IMG/VR virus record: IMGVR_UViG_3300037692_000675
Coordinates: 1 to 56,984 of that record
Direction: 5' to 3' (one strand)
DNA from: a virus
Lineage: Duplodnaviria > Caudoviricetes
DNA length: 56,984 bases
Shown: one piece after another, positions 27,941 through 37,831 of the stretch
Layout: the number at the start of each line of letters is the position of its first letter
How positions within the stretch are numbered: the stretch's first letter is position 1
The notes under the pieces: generated by a model
Databases searched by the model: none
The model's input: only the letters and a program-made list of their open reading frames with translations
Told to the model about the DNA's origin: nothing
Made by a program: the position numbers and the translations under genes

Positions 27941-28840
27941 TTACGCCTGCAGCACGTTAGTGAGCAGCACGCCCAGCTCGGCGCACGTGACCTTCTCGTC
28001 CTGCGCGTAGCCCACTTCGATCGCGTCGGAGTGCTCAGCTTCCTCGCGCCACTTGCGCACCGTCATGTTCTTGCTGCGGAACACGTACCCCGCGCTCGCC
28101 TGGCGCAGCCCCGGCGTCGGCGACACGTAGCCGATCCACACCGTGTCGCCCCACACGTAGCTCATCGAGGCCGTCTGGCCCTCGGCTGCGGTGTCGTACA
28201 CGGCGCTGGCGACCAGGATGTTTTGCACCCCGAACAGCGCCTTCATCAGGTCCAGGGTGATCACGCCGCGCTCGGCGTACTGGATCCGTGCCAGCATGTC
28301 CGCGCTCTGCAGCAGCGCGTCGTACACCGACTGGCTCAAAACCATGCTGTTGGCCCGCATCATGATGATGCTGGCCACGGCGTCCTGCACGTCCTTCACC
28401 GGCGTGCCGGCCGCCTCATCCCAGCCGTTGCTCGGGCTGGAGTTGGCCCACACGCCGACGTTGGTCATCAGCGTGGCCACGCGCTGCTCCATGCCCAAAA
28501 GCAGCTTGTCGGTCAGGATGTTGACCGAGTCGATGTCCAGGTTCAGCGGCGCGTCCGCGTTCCGCCGCTCGGCGTCGTCAATGCGGTCGGACAGCGCATG
28601 CTCATCGGCCGAGTAGGTGTCCGTGGACACGCCCCAGCTGATGACCGGCGCGGCCGTCCGGGGCGCCCGCCGCGACGCCTCGGCCCGGAACGCCTCCTTG
28701 CCGTACACATAGAACAGGTCGCTGTCCTTGACCACGGGGAGCACCGGAAACAGCCGGTCGGCCACATATCCGCTGTTGCGGTACTGCAAAGACAGGTTGG
28801 TCAGCGGCTGGTTCTGGTGGATGTCGGCGATCGTGGGCAT
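27941..28840 (-). CDS. major capsid protein (capsid E-like)
   Basis: LTNLSLQYRN..ADRLFPVLPV..FRAEASRRAP; follows protease and cement genes. Confidence 0.88.
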   Translation of the reverse strand: MPTIADIHQNQPLTNLSLQYRNSGYVADRLFPVLPVVKDSDLFYVYGKEAFRAEASRRAPRTAAPVISWGVSTDTYSADEHALSDRIDDAERRNADAPLNLDIDSVNILTDKLLLGMEQRVATLMTNVGVWANSSPSNGWDEAAGTPVKDVQDAVASIIMMRANSMVLSQSVYDALLQSADMLARIQYAERGVITLDLMKALFGVQNILVASAVYDTAAEGQTASMSYVWGDTVWIGYVSPTPGLRQASAGYVFRSKNMTVRKWREEAEHSDAIEVGYAQDEKVTCAELGVLLTNVLQA

Positions 28841-28990
28841 CTTCGGTCCTCCCGTCAGCGGAGTTCATCTCCGCCGAGCGTTGCTTCGGTTCACGCTGCA
28901 ATCGTTACGTGGTCAGTCCCTCGCCGCCGCCGTCCGCCGTTGCCGTCCCCTGCCCTCTGAACTCTGAGCTCTGAGATCTGCCCTCCGCCG

Positions 28991-30106
28991 TTACGCCGGA
29001 TCCAGCCGGATCACCAGGAACCCCTCGCCCTCAGCGAACGCCGCCGTCTCCTCCACGCACTTGACCGAGATCGTGTCGGCCGCCCCGAAGGCGTTGTCGG
29101 CGGTGATCGCGGTGGCGTCCTTGACATCCCCGGTCGCGTCAATGTCGGCGGTCAGCAGCGTCAGCAGCCCGCCGGTCGTCGGCGTCGCGCCGATCAGACA
29201 GGTGAGGTCAATGTCCTTGCCGCCGGTGCTGGCCGGCGTCTGCCCGGCGATGAAACTCAACTTGCCGATCTTTCCGGCGAAGCCGGGGGTATAGGCATTA
29301 AGGAGCAGGTCGTTGTTGGCCACGTTGGCCAGGGCGCTGATCGGGATCATCAGGATCGAGCTGGCGACCTTGTTGCTGTGCAGCGCCTCGAGGATCTCCT
29401 GCACGGTGTCGGCCAGGCCATCCCCGAGCGTGGCGATGGGCGTCGCGCCGACCAGGTCCGCGCCGGCGGCGCTGTCCGTCTCGGCGATGATCGCGGCCAC
29501 CAGGGCCTCGAGGATCGCCTGCACCGTGGCCGCCGCGCCGGTCTGCGTGATCGGCGTCGCCCCGATGGCATCGGCGCCGGCGGTCCCGTCGGCCACGGCT
29601 GCGAGCGCCGTCACCAGCGCCTCGAGGATCGCCTGCACGTTCGCGGCCGCGCCGGTCAGCGCGATCGGCGTCGCGCCGACCAGGTCCGCCCCGCTGTCCC
29701 CGTCCGCCACGCTCGTCAGGTCGGACAGGTCCACCACCGAGGCGTTCAGGTCCAGCACCATCTCGACGATGTCGCCCGCCGCCCCGGCGGCCGCGAGCGC
29801 CTGCCCCAGCTCATACGCGCTCGAGCCCGTCGCGGTGTCCACCTCGCCATCGGCGGCCGCCACGGCCAGGATGTCACCCAGCGCGAAGGCGCCGTTGGCC
29901 ACGATCTTGGTCGTGCCCAGCAGCCGCACGGTCGCGGCCTCGCCCGACGCCGGCGCGTTCTGCAACACGCCGAACGGCCGGTCCGCCGCGCCGCAGATCA
30001 CAACCTGCCGCGCGGTGGTGTCGAGCTTGACCGCCCGGTACTGGCTGGAAGCCAGGCTTGCCCCGGCGATCATCGTGATGTCCAGAACCGGCTGGCTGAC
30101 TGCCAT
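28991..30106 (-). CDS. capsid cement (DUF2190-like) domain fused to repeated fibre-like segments
   Basis: QYRAVKL..GVLQNAP..GEAATVRLLG N-terminus; three ~38-aa repeats GADxxGATPI..VQxILEAL. Confidence 0.75.
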   Translation of the reverse strand: MAVSQPVLDITMIAGASLASSQYRAVKLDTTARQVVICGAADRPFGVLQNAPASGEAATVRLLGTTKIVANGAFALGDILAVAAADGEVDTATGSSAYELGQALAAAGAAGDIVEMVLDLNASVVDLSDLTSVADGDSGADLVGATPIALTGAAANVQAILEALVTALAAVADGTAGADAIGATPITQTGAAATVQAILEALVAAIIAETDSAAGADLVGATPIATLGDGLADTVQEILEALHSNKVASSILMIPISALANVANNDLLLNAYTPGFAGKIGKLSFIAGQTPASTGGKDIDLTCLIGATPTTGGLLTLLTADIDATGDVKDATAITADNAFGAADTISVKCVEETAAFAEGEGFLVIRLDPA

Positions 30107-30208
30107 GTGGATCACCTTCCCGGACGACGCCCTGGGCGGGTCGCATGTCGTCCGCCGTTTGCCTTATCTCCCCCACTCGCCCACTCGCCCACTCACCCGC
30201 GCGCGCCG

Positions 30209-31360
30209 TTACTCGCCCGCGCCCAGCGCCTCGCCCGCCAGCTCCGGCTGCTCGCCGTTGACCAGCTTGCACGCCTCGGCATGCGTCAGCGTCGGGTCGC
30301 CCTTCATCTTCGCCTGCACGGCCGCCTCATAGCGCTCGGTGGGGTCGCCCCCGCCGCCGGCCACGACGGCCGCGCGCTGCCCGCGCTCGACGATCGCCCC
30401 GGCCAGCGCCTGCATGTCGGCCACGAACTCCTCGCGCTCGGACCGCACCGGCTTGCCCTCGCCGTCGGTCCGCGGGGCGCCGTCCTCGCCGCGAATGGGC
30501 TGGCCGTCGCTGCCGTTCTCGGCGCTGACGGACAGCGCCCAGGTGGCGAGCTTGTCGCAGTACGCCGGCGTGAACTGCGGCTTGCCGTTGGCGCCAAAGC
30601 GCATCTCGGCGAAGCGGTCGGTCAGCTCCTTGACGGCGAGCTGCCGGGCCGTCTCCGCCTGCTGCGCCTCGGCGGCCGCGAGTCGCTCAGCCATCCGCCG
30701 GTTCTCGGCCTGCATCGCCTCGAACTGCTGCGCCGTCACGCCACTCGTCGGTGCCGGCGCCGTGGCCGTCACGCCGTTCCCCTCCCCTGTGGGGAGGGGT
30801 GCCGGCGCAGCCGGCGGGGTAGGCGACGTGGCCGTGGTCTTGGTGTCGTCAGGCATCGAACTGCCTCCTGGATCCGTGAACAGCTGCATCGTGTTCGCCG
30901 GGTCGGTCGCTGTGATCGGCGTCAGTTCCTTGAAAAACGGGTCGTTGGTCAGCGCGATCTTGGACAGCACGTTTTTGAAGCGCTTGTTGTCCGTCGGCCG
31001 CCGGTACACGTTGTAAAACTCCGGCGACACGTACCGGTACCGCCGGTTCATCACCAGCCGCTCCCCATAGTCCGTCCAGTCCACCTCGGCATACAGCGCG
31101 GCGCCGTCGGTGCGCAGGCCCTTCACCCACGCCGGCGCGCCCTCGTTGTTGTCGTAGTGGCTGATGTCGAAGGGAATGTCGCGGTTGAGGATGCGCTCGT
31201 TGAAGTTCGCGACGAACTGCTCGAGGTCTTGCGCGGTGATGACGATCTCGCCATACCAGGTGTGCGTCCACTGCCCGGCGCGCAGCACTTCAATTTCCCG
31301 CGGCAGTTCCGCGGGCAGCTCCACAAACGTCCGCAGCATCTCAAGTGTACGGTCACTCAT
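30209..31360 (-). CDS. Mu gpI-like prohead protease/scaffold
   Basis: PFDISHY..APAWV..LYAEVDWT..YRYVSPEF..IALTNDPF, coiled C-terminal scaffold. Confidence 0.9.
   Translation of the reverse strand: MSDRTLEMLRTFVELPAELPREIEVLRAGQWTHTWYGEIVITAQDLEQFVANFNERILNRDIPFDISHYDNNEGAPAWVKGLRTDGAALYAEVDWTDYGERLVMNRRYRYVSPEFYNVYRRPTDNKRFKNVLSKIALTNDPFFKELTPITATDPANTMQLFTDPGGSSMPDDTKTTATSPTPPAAPAPLPTGEGNGVTATAPAPTSGVTAQQFEAMQAENRRMAERLAAAEAQQAETARQLAVKELTDRFAEMRFGANGKPQFTPAYCDKLATWALSVSAENGSDGQPIRGEDGAPRTDGEGKPVRSEREEFVADMQALAGAIVERGQRAAVVAGGGGDPTERYEAAVQAKMKGDPTLTHAEACKLVNGEQPELAGEALGAGE
30776..30823 (+). repeat. REP-like family B (CCCTCCCCTGTGGGGAGGGG + second hairpin/G-tract)
   Basis: copies at ~30776 (in protease), 36570, 42821, 43211, 43611, 55650; variants ~14044, 15232, 20028, 37166, 52942, 55590. 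Confidence 0.9.
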
Positions 31361-31409
31361 AATCGTTTCCTACTCTACACGAAATTCAGCCGCGTCAAGC
31401 CCTACCCCG

Positions 31410-31432
31410 CACGGTGGAACAGTTCCACTGTG
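31410..31432. promoter_or_regulatory. palindromic operator candidate upstream of late head operon
   Basis: CACGGTGGAAC-A-GTTCCACTGTG (one mismatch) next to a minus-strand TTGACG. Confidence 0.5.
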
Positions 31433-31478
31433 ATGGCGCCAGCGCCCCCGGCAGTTCGATCAGGGCAGGAAAGACGCG

Positions 31479-31505
31479 AAAAGCCCCACCGGGTACGGTG
31501 GGGCT
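31479..31505 (-). terminator. intrinsic terminator for repressor operon
   Basis: AGCCCCACCG-TACC-CGGTGGGGCT followed by TTT. Confidence 0.7.
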
Positions 31506-31558
31506 CGGGTGCGCCTCGTGAATTGTCTGCTTTCCCCCCGACCGCGCATGCTCCTCTC

Positions 31559-31699
31559 TTACGTTGGGCGCTTCCGTTTCGCCCGCCGCTTCATCTCACG
31601 TTTCGGGCAAGCCTGCGGCGGCGCCGTCAGCCACCTCCAGATGTCCGCAAGCCCCCGCAGCCAACCAACGATGTCCGTCCGGTACCCATGCCGCAACAT
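31559..31699 (-). CDS. possible 46-aa basic peptide (not in ORF track)
   Basis: ATG immediately after the stop of 31701..32312; MLRHGYRTDIVGWLRGLADIWRWL..KRRAKRKRPT. Confidence 0.3.
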   Translation of the reverse strand: MLRHGYRTDIVGWLRGLADIWRWLTAPPQACPKREMKRRAKRKRPT

Positions 31700-31700
31700 G

Positions 31701-32312
31701 TCAGTATCCTAGAGCCCTGACGAGGGGGTCTTCATGCCAGTAGCTGGTTCTGGCGGCCACCTGATCGAATGGCCCCGTTTGGATCAACAGGCCATTGGCG
31801 CGATCACAAAAGGCCGAGAAGAGCGTCTCCTCTGACGAACTGCCGCTCGATCTGGACACGACAGTTGCGGTGGCATCAAGGGAGAAGCGCGTCGCCTGCG
31901 GGTACGCTGCCAGCACCTTCGGCGCCAACAGCCACAGGTGCATGTTGTATTCCGCGCGCGGGTTCCGCCGCTCCGCGATCCACGGGTCCAGGCTGTAACC
32001 CAGGCTGATCCACCTATCACTGCCGACCTCGCCCCGCACGTCGGCCCCGACGCGGTTCAACACCGTGCGAGCCAGATTGCATAGCCGCTCGTGCTCATCC
32101 ACGGGCAGCGGCACCGCTGATGGCGCACTCACCGGCAAGCTCGTCGCCGTGCGCTCCTCGGGTGTCACATCATTAACGTCAACTCCGGACCAGTGCACCT
32201 TCGCTGCGATCAACCAGACTAACCCGCCGAGCACGACGCCGCCCACGATGCCCCCGATGATCCAGCCCAGGTACTCGTCATTCAACGGCCGCTTACCCCT
32301 CCGCGCTGCCAT
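31701..32312 (-). CDS. membrane-anchored protein co-transcribed with repressor (superinfection-exclusion candidate)
   Basis: single TM WIIGGIVGGVVLGGLVWLIA; function inferred from position only. Confidence 0.6.
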   Translation of the reverse strand: MAARRGKRPLNDEYLGWIIGGIVGGVVLGGLVWLIAAKVHWSGVDVNDVTPEERTATSLPVSAPSAVPLPVDEHERLCNLARTVLNRVGADVRGEVGSDRWISLGYSLDPWIAERRNPRAEYNMHLWLLAPKVLAAYPQATRFSLDATATVVSRSSGSSSEETLFSAFCDRANGLLIQTGPFDQVAARTSYWHEDPLVRALGY

Positions 32313-32315
32313 CGT

Positions 32316-32870
32316 CTACGCCCCCTTCTCTGGATCGTTGGCCTCCATCATCTCCATCATCACCGGCCGCCCCTTGATCCCCAGCACCAACCGCATGCCT
32401 GACAGTTCCCGCTTCCATTCATCGTTGCTCATGGGCAGCCGTGGCAGCGCGACCGCATGCTTGGCGAGGAGTGGCACTTCATCGGGCGCCAGCCTCATCT
32501 CCGCTGCTAACTCCGACACCACGAAGGCCCGAAGCGTTCCCGGCCAGTATTGTGGCGCCGGCCCGCGGTACACCTCGGGCCATTCGTCTTCTCGCAGCGT
32601 CCGACGCACGGCCAGCACGTCGGGAGGCACTTCTACCCAACCCGCGCTGCCGCCGCGTCCGACCAGGTCGGCGCACGGCACTTCCAGCGCGTCAGCGACT
32701 AACACCAGCAGATCATCAGCAATCCCGCGGGTGCCTCGCTCAACGTGCCCCAGGGCTGATTGCCCCACACCAACCCGCCGCGCCAACTCACTCTGGGTCA
32801 TCCCCGCGTTCACGCGCGCCGCCTTGATCCTCTCTCCCAATCCCGCGTCCCGCGCCTGCCCCTTGCGCAT
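32316..32870 (-). CDS. XRE-family HTH repressor
   Basis: LGERIKAARVNAGMTQSELARRVGVGQSALGHVERG; GGAGG RBS; divergent from early operon. Confidence 0.88.
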   Translation of the reverse strand: MRKGQARDAGLGERIKAARVNAGMTQSELARRVGVGQSALGHVERGTRGIADDLLVLVADALEVPCADLVGRGGSAGWVEVPPDVLAVRRTLREDEWPEVYRGPAPQYWPGTLRAFVVSELAAEMRLAPDEVPLLAKHAVALPRLPMSNDEWKRELSGMRLVLGIKGRPVMMEMMEANDPEKGA

Positions 32871-32953
32871 CGACACGCCTCCCTCACTATCCTGAACTGA
32901 TTCTGTACCCCAACCCGTCGGCCTCGAAACGGCGGGATTCCATGACGACCCCC

Positions 32954-32982
32954 TTGACAAGCTCAGTATGACTCTGTACTAT
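32954..32982 (+). promoter_or_regulatory. sigma70-type early promoter
   Basis: TTGACA-17 bp-TACTAT; TGA(T/C)TCTGTAC repeated at 32898 and 32969 (operator candidates). Confidence 0.75.
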
Positions 32983-33204
32983 GGCTCAGACATGTAGCCC
33001 CAATTTCAGCCAGAGACGGACACGCGGATCATGTCGATCGCCTCTTCCACGATGATGGCGCAGACAAACCAACAGCACCCGAGTCATGCGCGCAGGCCGC
33101 CAAGTACTGCTGCGCAGTTGCCCCGAACACTTGGCATCCGTGTGCCCAGGCGGGGGTCGTGTGGAAGCGGCCCCCGCCGCTTTACCTTCTCACGGAGGTC
33201 GTCC

Positions 33205-33591
33205 ATGGCACACGAGCTCAAGTTCGTCGGCGAACCGCTTACCGTCAACAGCCGCACTTGGCGTGTCGTTGATCCCGACTCTATCCCCGCGCCTCATCCA
33301 AACCTCACCTATGACGACTACGCGCTCTGGTGGCAGGGATTTGCGCAGATGCTGCCCGCCCATTGGCGCGCCCACGTGTTGTCGCTCGCGCTGTCGCGAT
33401 ACCCGGAGTACGCGGTCGAGCACTGCCACAACCTCCGCAACGAGATCCGCCTCGATCTTCTTGGCATGCGCATGCAGTACGGCATCTTCACTGCTCCAGG
33501 GCTCCGCCGTGCTGCCGACCTCATTGAGCGCGACATACTCGACGGGACCAACCGCTTTGCCACCGAGATGGGCGGTGATCAGCATGTCTGA
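33205..33591 (+). CDS. hypothetical early protein
   Basis: GGAGG RBS; overlaps transposase start. Confidence 0.65.
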   Translation: MAHELKFVGEPLTVNSRTWRVVDPDSIPAPHPNLTYDDYALWWQGFAQMLPAHWRAHVLSLALSRYPEYAVEHCHNLRNEIRLDLLGMRMQYGIFTAPGLRRAADLIERDILDGTNRFATEMGGDQHV

Positions 33592-35152
33592 TCAGGAGTT
33601 CGCCCTCACGCTCCAGTCCGCCGGCCTCATGGCCCCGACCCTCGACCGCGCGGTCCGCCGCGCCCGCATCCGCGACCTCTCCGTGCGCCTCGCCGTCTCC
33701 GAGGCCACGATCTACCGCCGCCTCGAGCGCCTCCGCAACGGCGAGCCCCAGCGCCGGGGCAACGGCGCCAAGGGCAAGTGCCGCGCCCTCCCGCCCGAGG
33801 TCCAGGTCGCCGCGCGGGCGATGATCGTCTCCAAGCGCTGGCAGTCCGTCTCGACCGCGCTCCTGCTTGAGCAGCTCCGCCACCAGTTCCCCGCCGAGAC
33901 GATCTCCCTCTCGGCCCTCCGCCGCCTGCGCCAGAGCACGCTGGCCGAGGTCAGCCGCTACGCGCGCGCGTACTGCGCCGTCGAGGTCGCCGCCCCCAAC
34001 GACCAGTGGCAGATAGACAGCTCGATCGGCGACTTCTTCTGTTCGCCGGAGGCGACCCTGAGCTCGCCGAAGGGGCCATTCCGCCCGCAGCTCACCGTCT
34101 GCGAGGACGCCCACACCCGCTCGATCATGTATGCCCGCTACGCCGTGGCGACCCCCTCCACCGAGATCGCGACGATTCTCTTCCAGGCCATCCGCCGCCA
34201 GTCCGACGTGTGGCCGCAGGCCGGCGTTCCCGCCGAGCTCCTGGTGGACTGGGGCAAGGTCTACATGAGCGACCACCTCGAGGCCGCTTTGGAAAACCTC
34301 GGCATCCGCCGCCACGCCAGCCACCCCTACTACCCGCAGGACAAGGGCAAAGTCGAGCGCGCCATCGGCACCCTGCATCACGGCGTCGAGCCGCTCTTCC
34401 CCGGCTACTGCTCCAATAACAACCAGGGCGACCTGCGCGTGGACCCGGCCCGCGACTTCCGGCAGGTCGGCGAGCACTTCGTGGACAAGCGCGACGGCCG
34501 CCGCCTGCTCACGCTCCCCGAGGCCAATGCGCTGCTGTGGCAGTGGATCGCGGGCACCTATCATCACCAGGTGAACCGCACCATGGGCCTCACACCGCTG
34601 CAGTCCTGGCAGATGAGCGCCCCGCGCCCGCACACTTTCTCCGAGGCCTATCTCGAACAGTCGCTGCTCCCGCGCGCCTACCGCAAGGTCGCCCGCGGCC
34701 GCATCAACTGCCATGGCCTCACCTACACCCACGACACGCTCTTGCGCTGCCACGGTCTCACGGTCGAGGTCCGCTTCGACCCGGCCGACGTGCGCGAGGT
34801 CTTCATCTACCACGAGGGGCAGCGGCTCTGTGTCGCGGCCCAGGACAACCCGCTCCTCGCCGGCACGCAGCTCGCCGCCGACGAGCTCGTCCGCCGCCGC
34901 CAGGAGAATCGCGCGGTCGCGGCCGAGAAGCGCGCGCTGCTCGACGATCTTCTCGCCAACCCGGCGGCCCGCGCCGATCTGACCGAGCGCATCCGCGAGG
35001 CCGATGCGAACGCCCCGGCGATCGCGGCCGCGGCCCCCGAGGAAGTGCTGCCCACCGGCGTCCCGGGCCTCACGCCTGGCGACGCCGCCGAGATGTCGGA
35101 CCTTGAAATCGGCGGTCTGCGGCTCTTCCGCCCGCGCGCCGTCAACGAGTGA
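33584..35152 (+). CDS. MuA-like DDE transposase
   Basis: HTH (VSEATIYRRL), WQIDSS / LLVDWGK / KGKVER triad, YHHQVN..LTPLQSW, C-terminal VEVRFDPADVREV. Confidence 0.93.
   Translation: MSDQEFALTLQSAGLMAPTLDRAVRRARIRDLSVRLAVSEATIYRRLERLRNGEPQRRGNGAKGKCRALPPEVQVAARAMIVSKRWQSVSTALLLEQLRHQFPAETISLSALRRLRQSTLAEVSRYARAYCAVEVAAPNDQWQIDSSIGDFFCSPEATLSSPKGPFRPQLTVCEDAHTRSIMYARYAVATPSTEIATILFQAIRRQSDVWPQAGVPAELLVDWGKVYMSDHLEAALENLGIRRHASHPYYPQDKGKVERAIGTLHHGVEPLFPGYCSNNNQGDLRVDPARDFRQVGEHFVDKRDGRRLLTLPEANALLWQWIAGTYHHQVNRTMGLTPLQSWQMSAPRPHTFSEAYLEQSLLPRAYRKVARGRINCHGLTYTHDTLLRCHGLTVEVRFDPADVREVFIYHEGQRLCVAAQDNPLLAGTQLAADELVRRRQENRAVAAEKRALLDDLLANPAARADLTERIREADANAPAIAAAAPEEVLPTGVPGLTPGDAAEMSDLEIGGLRLFRPRAVNE
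34054..34076 (+). repeat. REP-like family D (GACCCTGAGC..CGAAGGG)
   Basis: copies/variants at ~20601, 34054 (in transposase), 38454, 41362, 44119, 44324, 51458. Confidence 0.75.
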
Positions 35153-35334
35153 ACGCTATGCGGCCGCGCCGCAGCGAGGGCCCGCACGCCCCTGCCGTGA
35201 CCGGCCCGGCCGCAGATCTGTTGCCGTTGCCGTTGCCGTCCCTGTTTTTCCGTCCTTCTGTTCTTCTGTCCTGCGCCTTTCGCCGTTCGCAGGCCGCCAC
35301 CTGCACCAAATCTGCTGCAAAGGAGAGCCAGCCC

Positions 35335-36060
35335 ATGCCACGTCGCCCGGTGCTCAAACCTGCCGTCTGGCCCATCCCGGCTTTTCAGGAAACGGCCAAG
35401 GCCCTGCAGCTCGCCTCGGAGTTGGCCACCAGCCGCCGCCCGCTCTCGCTGATCACGGCGCCGGCCGGATCGGGGAAGACCTTCGCCGCCGAGTGGTACG
35501 CCGAGCAGAACCGCTCCTGCAAGATCGCGGTCTGTCCCCCGGCCTACTTGCTCTCGGCCCGTTCGTTGCTCGAGGCCGTCGCCGGCGCCATCGGCTACAC
35601 CGAGACTCACTGGCGCGTCGCCGCGCTCTTTGACAACCTGGTCGCCTACACTGCCAACCGCCACATCTTCCTGGTGCTCGACGAGGCGGACCGCATGAAC
35701 TCGCGCGCGGCCGACCTGCTGCGCGAGCTGGCTGAGGACGCCGACCTGGCCCTGTGTTTCCTCGGCTGCCCGGGCACGCTCGCCACCTTGGCCCGCGTCC
35801 CGGCCACCCACCACCGCATCGGTTTCCGCTTCGAGATCCCGCCGGTGGAGCTGGCCGACGTCGCGCGGATCCTCGATGGCCGCTACGACGACGCCACAGT
35901 GGAGGAGATCTTCGAGCAGACGGGCGGCAACCTGCGCCACATCGAGGCGGTCATCGCGCTGGTGGACAAGGCAGAGAGCGGCGGCCGCCGCGCCACGGCG
36001 AGCCCGAAGCTGGTCCGCGCCCTGGCCCACCGCTATCTGCTCAAGGCGGTGGCCGCATGA
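35335..36060 (+). CDS. MuB-like AAA+ ATPase
   Basis: AAGGAG RBS; APAGSGKT Walker A, LVLDEAD Walker B, GGNLRHI. Confidence 0.9.
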   Translation: MPRRPVLKPAVWPIPAFQETAKALQLASELATSRRPLSLITAPAGSGKTFAAEWYAEQNRSCKIAVCPPAYLLSARSLLEAVAGAIGYTETHWRVAALFDNLVAYTANRHIFLVLDEADRMNSRAADLLRELAEDADLALCFLGCPGTLATLARVPATHHRIGFRFEIPPVELADVARILDGRYDDATVEEIFEQTGGNLRHIEAVIALVDKAESGGRRATASPKLVRALAHRYLLKAVAA

Positions 36061-36629
36061 CCTCCCGCCCCGCCCCGCCCACCTACACCTCCGAGTCCTG
36101 GACGGCCGACACCGTCCTCTCGAACTTGCGCGCAGACTTGCCGCCGTTCTCGCGCCTCTTCCTCTACCTGTGTGTGAACGACGAGACGGGTGCCCTGGTG
36201 CATGCGGAGTATGCCTGCCATGCGGACTACCTGGCCGAGTTCATCCGCCATGCGATCGCGGTCCAGGGCCAGCGGGTTCCGAGCCGGCTGACGCTCGATC
36301 CTGGCAAGCAGCGTTGGGTGGCGGAGTTCGCCCCGTTGGACCTGATCCAACTGGCGGCGCCGCCCTACCATCCCTCGGTGGGCTGCCGGGTGGAGCGCTT
36401 CGCCCTGGTGATCCGTGATCGTTTCGAGGGCGCGCTGCTCGCCACTCCGGATCATCCGGACCTCCGTTCGGTCGTGGACCTCAACACTGCGCTGCGGGCC
36501 TGGCTGCGCCGCTCCCCCTTGTTGGGCCCGCCGGCCAGTGCCGCCGCCGCCGCCGTTGACCTTGCCTCTCCCCTCCCCTGTGGGGAGGGGTACCGGCGAA
36601 GCCGGGGGGGTGGGCCCCATGCCCACTGA
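36057..36629 (+). CDS. stand-alone DDE/integrase-core-like protein
   Basis: WTADT, LTLDPGK, PYHP..GCRVERF, DLNTALRAWL parallel the transposase core; no DNA-binding domain. Confidence 0.65.
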   Translation: MTSRPAPPTYTSESWTADTVLSNLRADLPPFSRLFLYLCVNDETGALVHAEYACHADYLAEFIRHAIAVQGQRVPSRLTLDPGKQRWVAEFAPLDLIQLAAPPYHPSVGCRVERFALVIRDRFEGALLATPDHPDLRSVVDLNTALRAWLRRSPLLGPPASAAAAAVDLASPLPCGEGYRRSRGGGPHAH

Positions 36630-37164
36630 CCGCCAGATCGCCCGTCTCTACGCCCTGGCCAACCGCGCGGGCCTCTCGCACGACCAGGTCATCGCCGAGC
36701 TCTTCGACCGCTACGAGGCCATGAGCAGCAAGTCGTTGCAGGGCTTCCAGTACGAGCAGTACTGCACGGACCTGCAGCGCCGGGGGAAGTCGCCCGAGGG
36801 CAGCTATCGCGAGGGCGCGTACGCCAGCGCGGATCATGTCCGTGAATATGTGGAGAGCGCCGTGCAGTTCGGGCGGCTGTGGCGGGGCGAGATGACCGAC
36901 CAGGACGCGCGGGCCTTGATTGTGGTGATGGACGATTTCCGGCGCCACCGCACGCGCGACCGCCGCTTGAGCCAAAAGCAGATGGACGCGATCTGCGACA
37001 AGCTCAGGGCGTTTCCGCTGGAGATCTTCCGGCGCGCGGCGGGCGAGTGGCTGGCCAAGTACCGCAGCCGGGGCGAGAAGTACTTCGTGGGCATCATGAA
37101 GGGCATGATGCGTGACGACGCCCACCAGGCGGCCCTCTCCCAGGGCACCCTACAACTTGTCTGA
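36619..37164 (+). CDS. Mu gp16/GemA-like regulatory protein
   Basis: TDRQIARLYALANRAGL..SSKSL N-terminal pattern. Confidence 0.55.
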   Translation: MPTDRQIARLYALANRAGLSHDQVIAELFDRYEAMSSKSLQGFQYEQYCTDLQRRGKSPEGSYREGAYASADHVREYVESAVQFGRLWRGEMTDQDARALIVVMDDFRRHRTRDRRLSQKQMDAICDKLRAFPLEIFRRAAGEWLAKYRSRGEKYFVGIMKGMMRDDAHQAALSQGTLQLV

Positions 37165-37264
37165 CCGCCCCTCCATTTATGTGGTCGCGCAGCGACCACC
37201 GGAGGGGGTTAGGGGGTAGGACGCCGTACCCTGCCCATCTCTTTGCCGCAAGGAGCCGCACATC

Positions 37265-37831
37265 ATGGCCGCCACAAAGAAGCGCAAGCCCGATGCCGCA
37301 CCCATCTTCGCCGGCTGGGCCGACGTGGACGACGCCCTCAAGCAGATCGGCCAGCTCGACCTGGTCATCGGCAAGGCCGAGACCCGCGCCAACGCCCTCA
37401 AGTCGAAAGCCGACGACGAGCTCGCGGTCGTCGCGGACCAGGTGAACACCAAGAAGCGCCTGGAGAAGGACATGGAGGAGTACTGCACCGCCCACAAGGA
37501 CGAGATCCTGCCGGCGAAGAGCAAGCGCCTCAACCACGGCGTGGTGGGCTTCACGGCGTCGCGTGAAGTCAGCCAGCTCAAGGGCTTCACCTGGGCGGCC
37601 GTCCTGCAGGTGATGTTGCAGCCGGTGCAGGACGCGCTGATCAAGCTGATCGAGAAGCTGGGCAAGCGTTTCGTGCGGGTCAAGTGCGAGGTGGACAAGG
37701 CGGCGATCCTGGCGGCCCACAACGCCAAGCAGACGACGGACGCGAAGCTGGCTGACCTGGGCGTGGCGGTCGTGGACAAGGACAACTTCGGCTACACGCT
37801 CTCGGACGCCAAGGCCCAGCCGACTACCTGA
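37265..37831 (+). CDS. gam: Mu Gam-like host-nuclease inhibitor
   Basis: DVDDALKQIGQL..YCTAHKDEI..KSKRLNHGVVGF..EVDKAAIL..DNFGY; AAGGAG RBS. Confidence 0.88.
   Translation: MAATKKRKPDAAPIFAGWADVDDALKQIGQLDLVIGKAETRANALKSKADDELAVVADQVNTKKRLEKDMEEYCTAHKDEILPAKSKRLNHGVVGFTASREVSQLKGFTWAAVLQVMLQPVQDALIKLIEKLGKRFVRVKCEVDKAAILAAHNAKQTTDAKLADLGVAVVDKDNFGYTLSDAKAQPTT

Noticed and set aside
31361-31400. TTGACG..TAGAGT as a standard sigma70 promoter for the head operon
   Set aside because: Spacing is only 15 bp; possible activator-dependent promoter but not supportable.
33086-33583. N-terminal extensions in the ORF track (transposase from 33086, ATPase from 35149, tail protein from 18138, sulfotransferase from 6367)
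   Set aside because: They overlap other genes or repeat tracts; downstream starts have an RBS or stop-start coupling.
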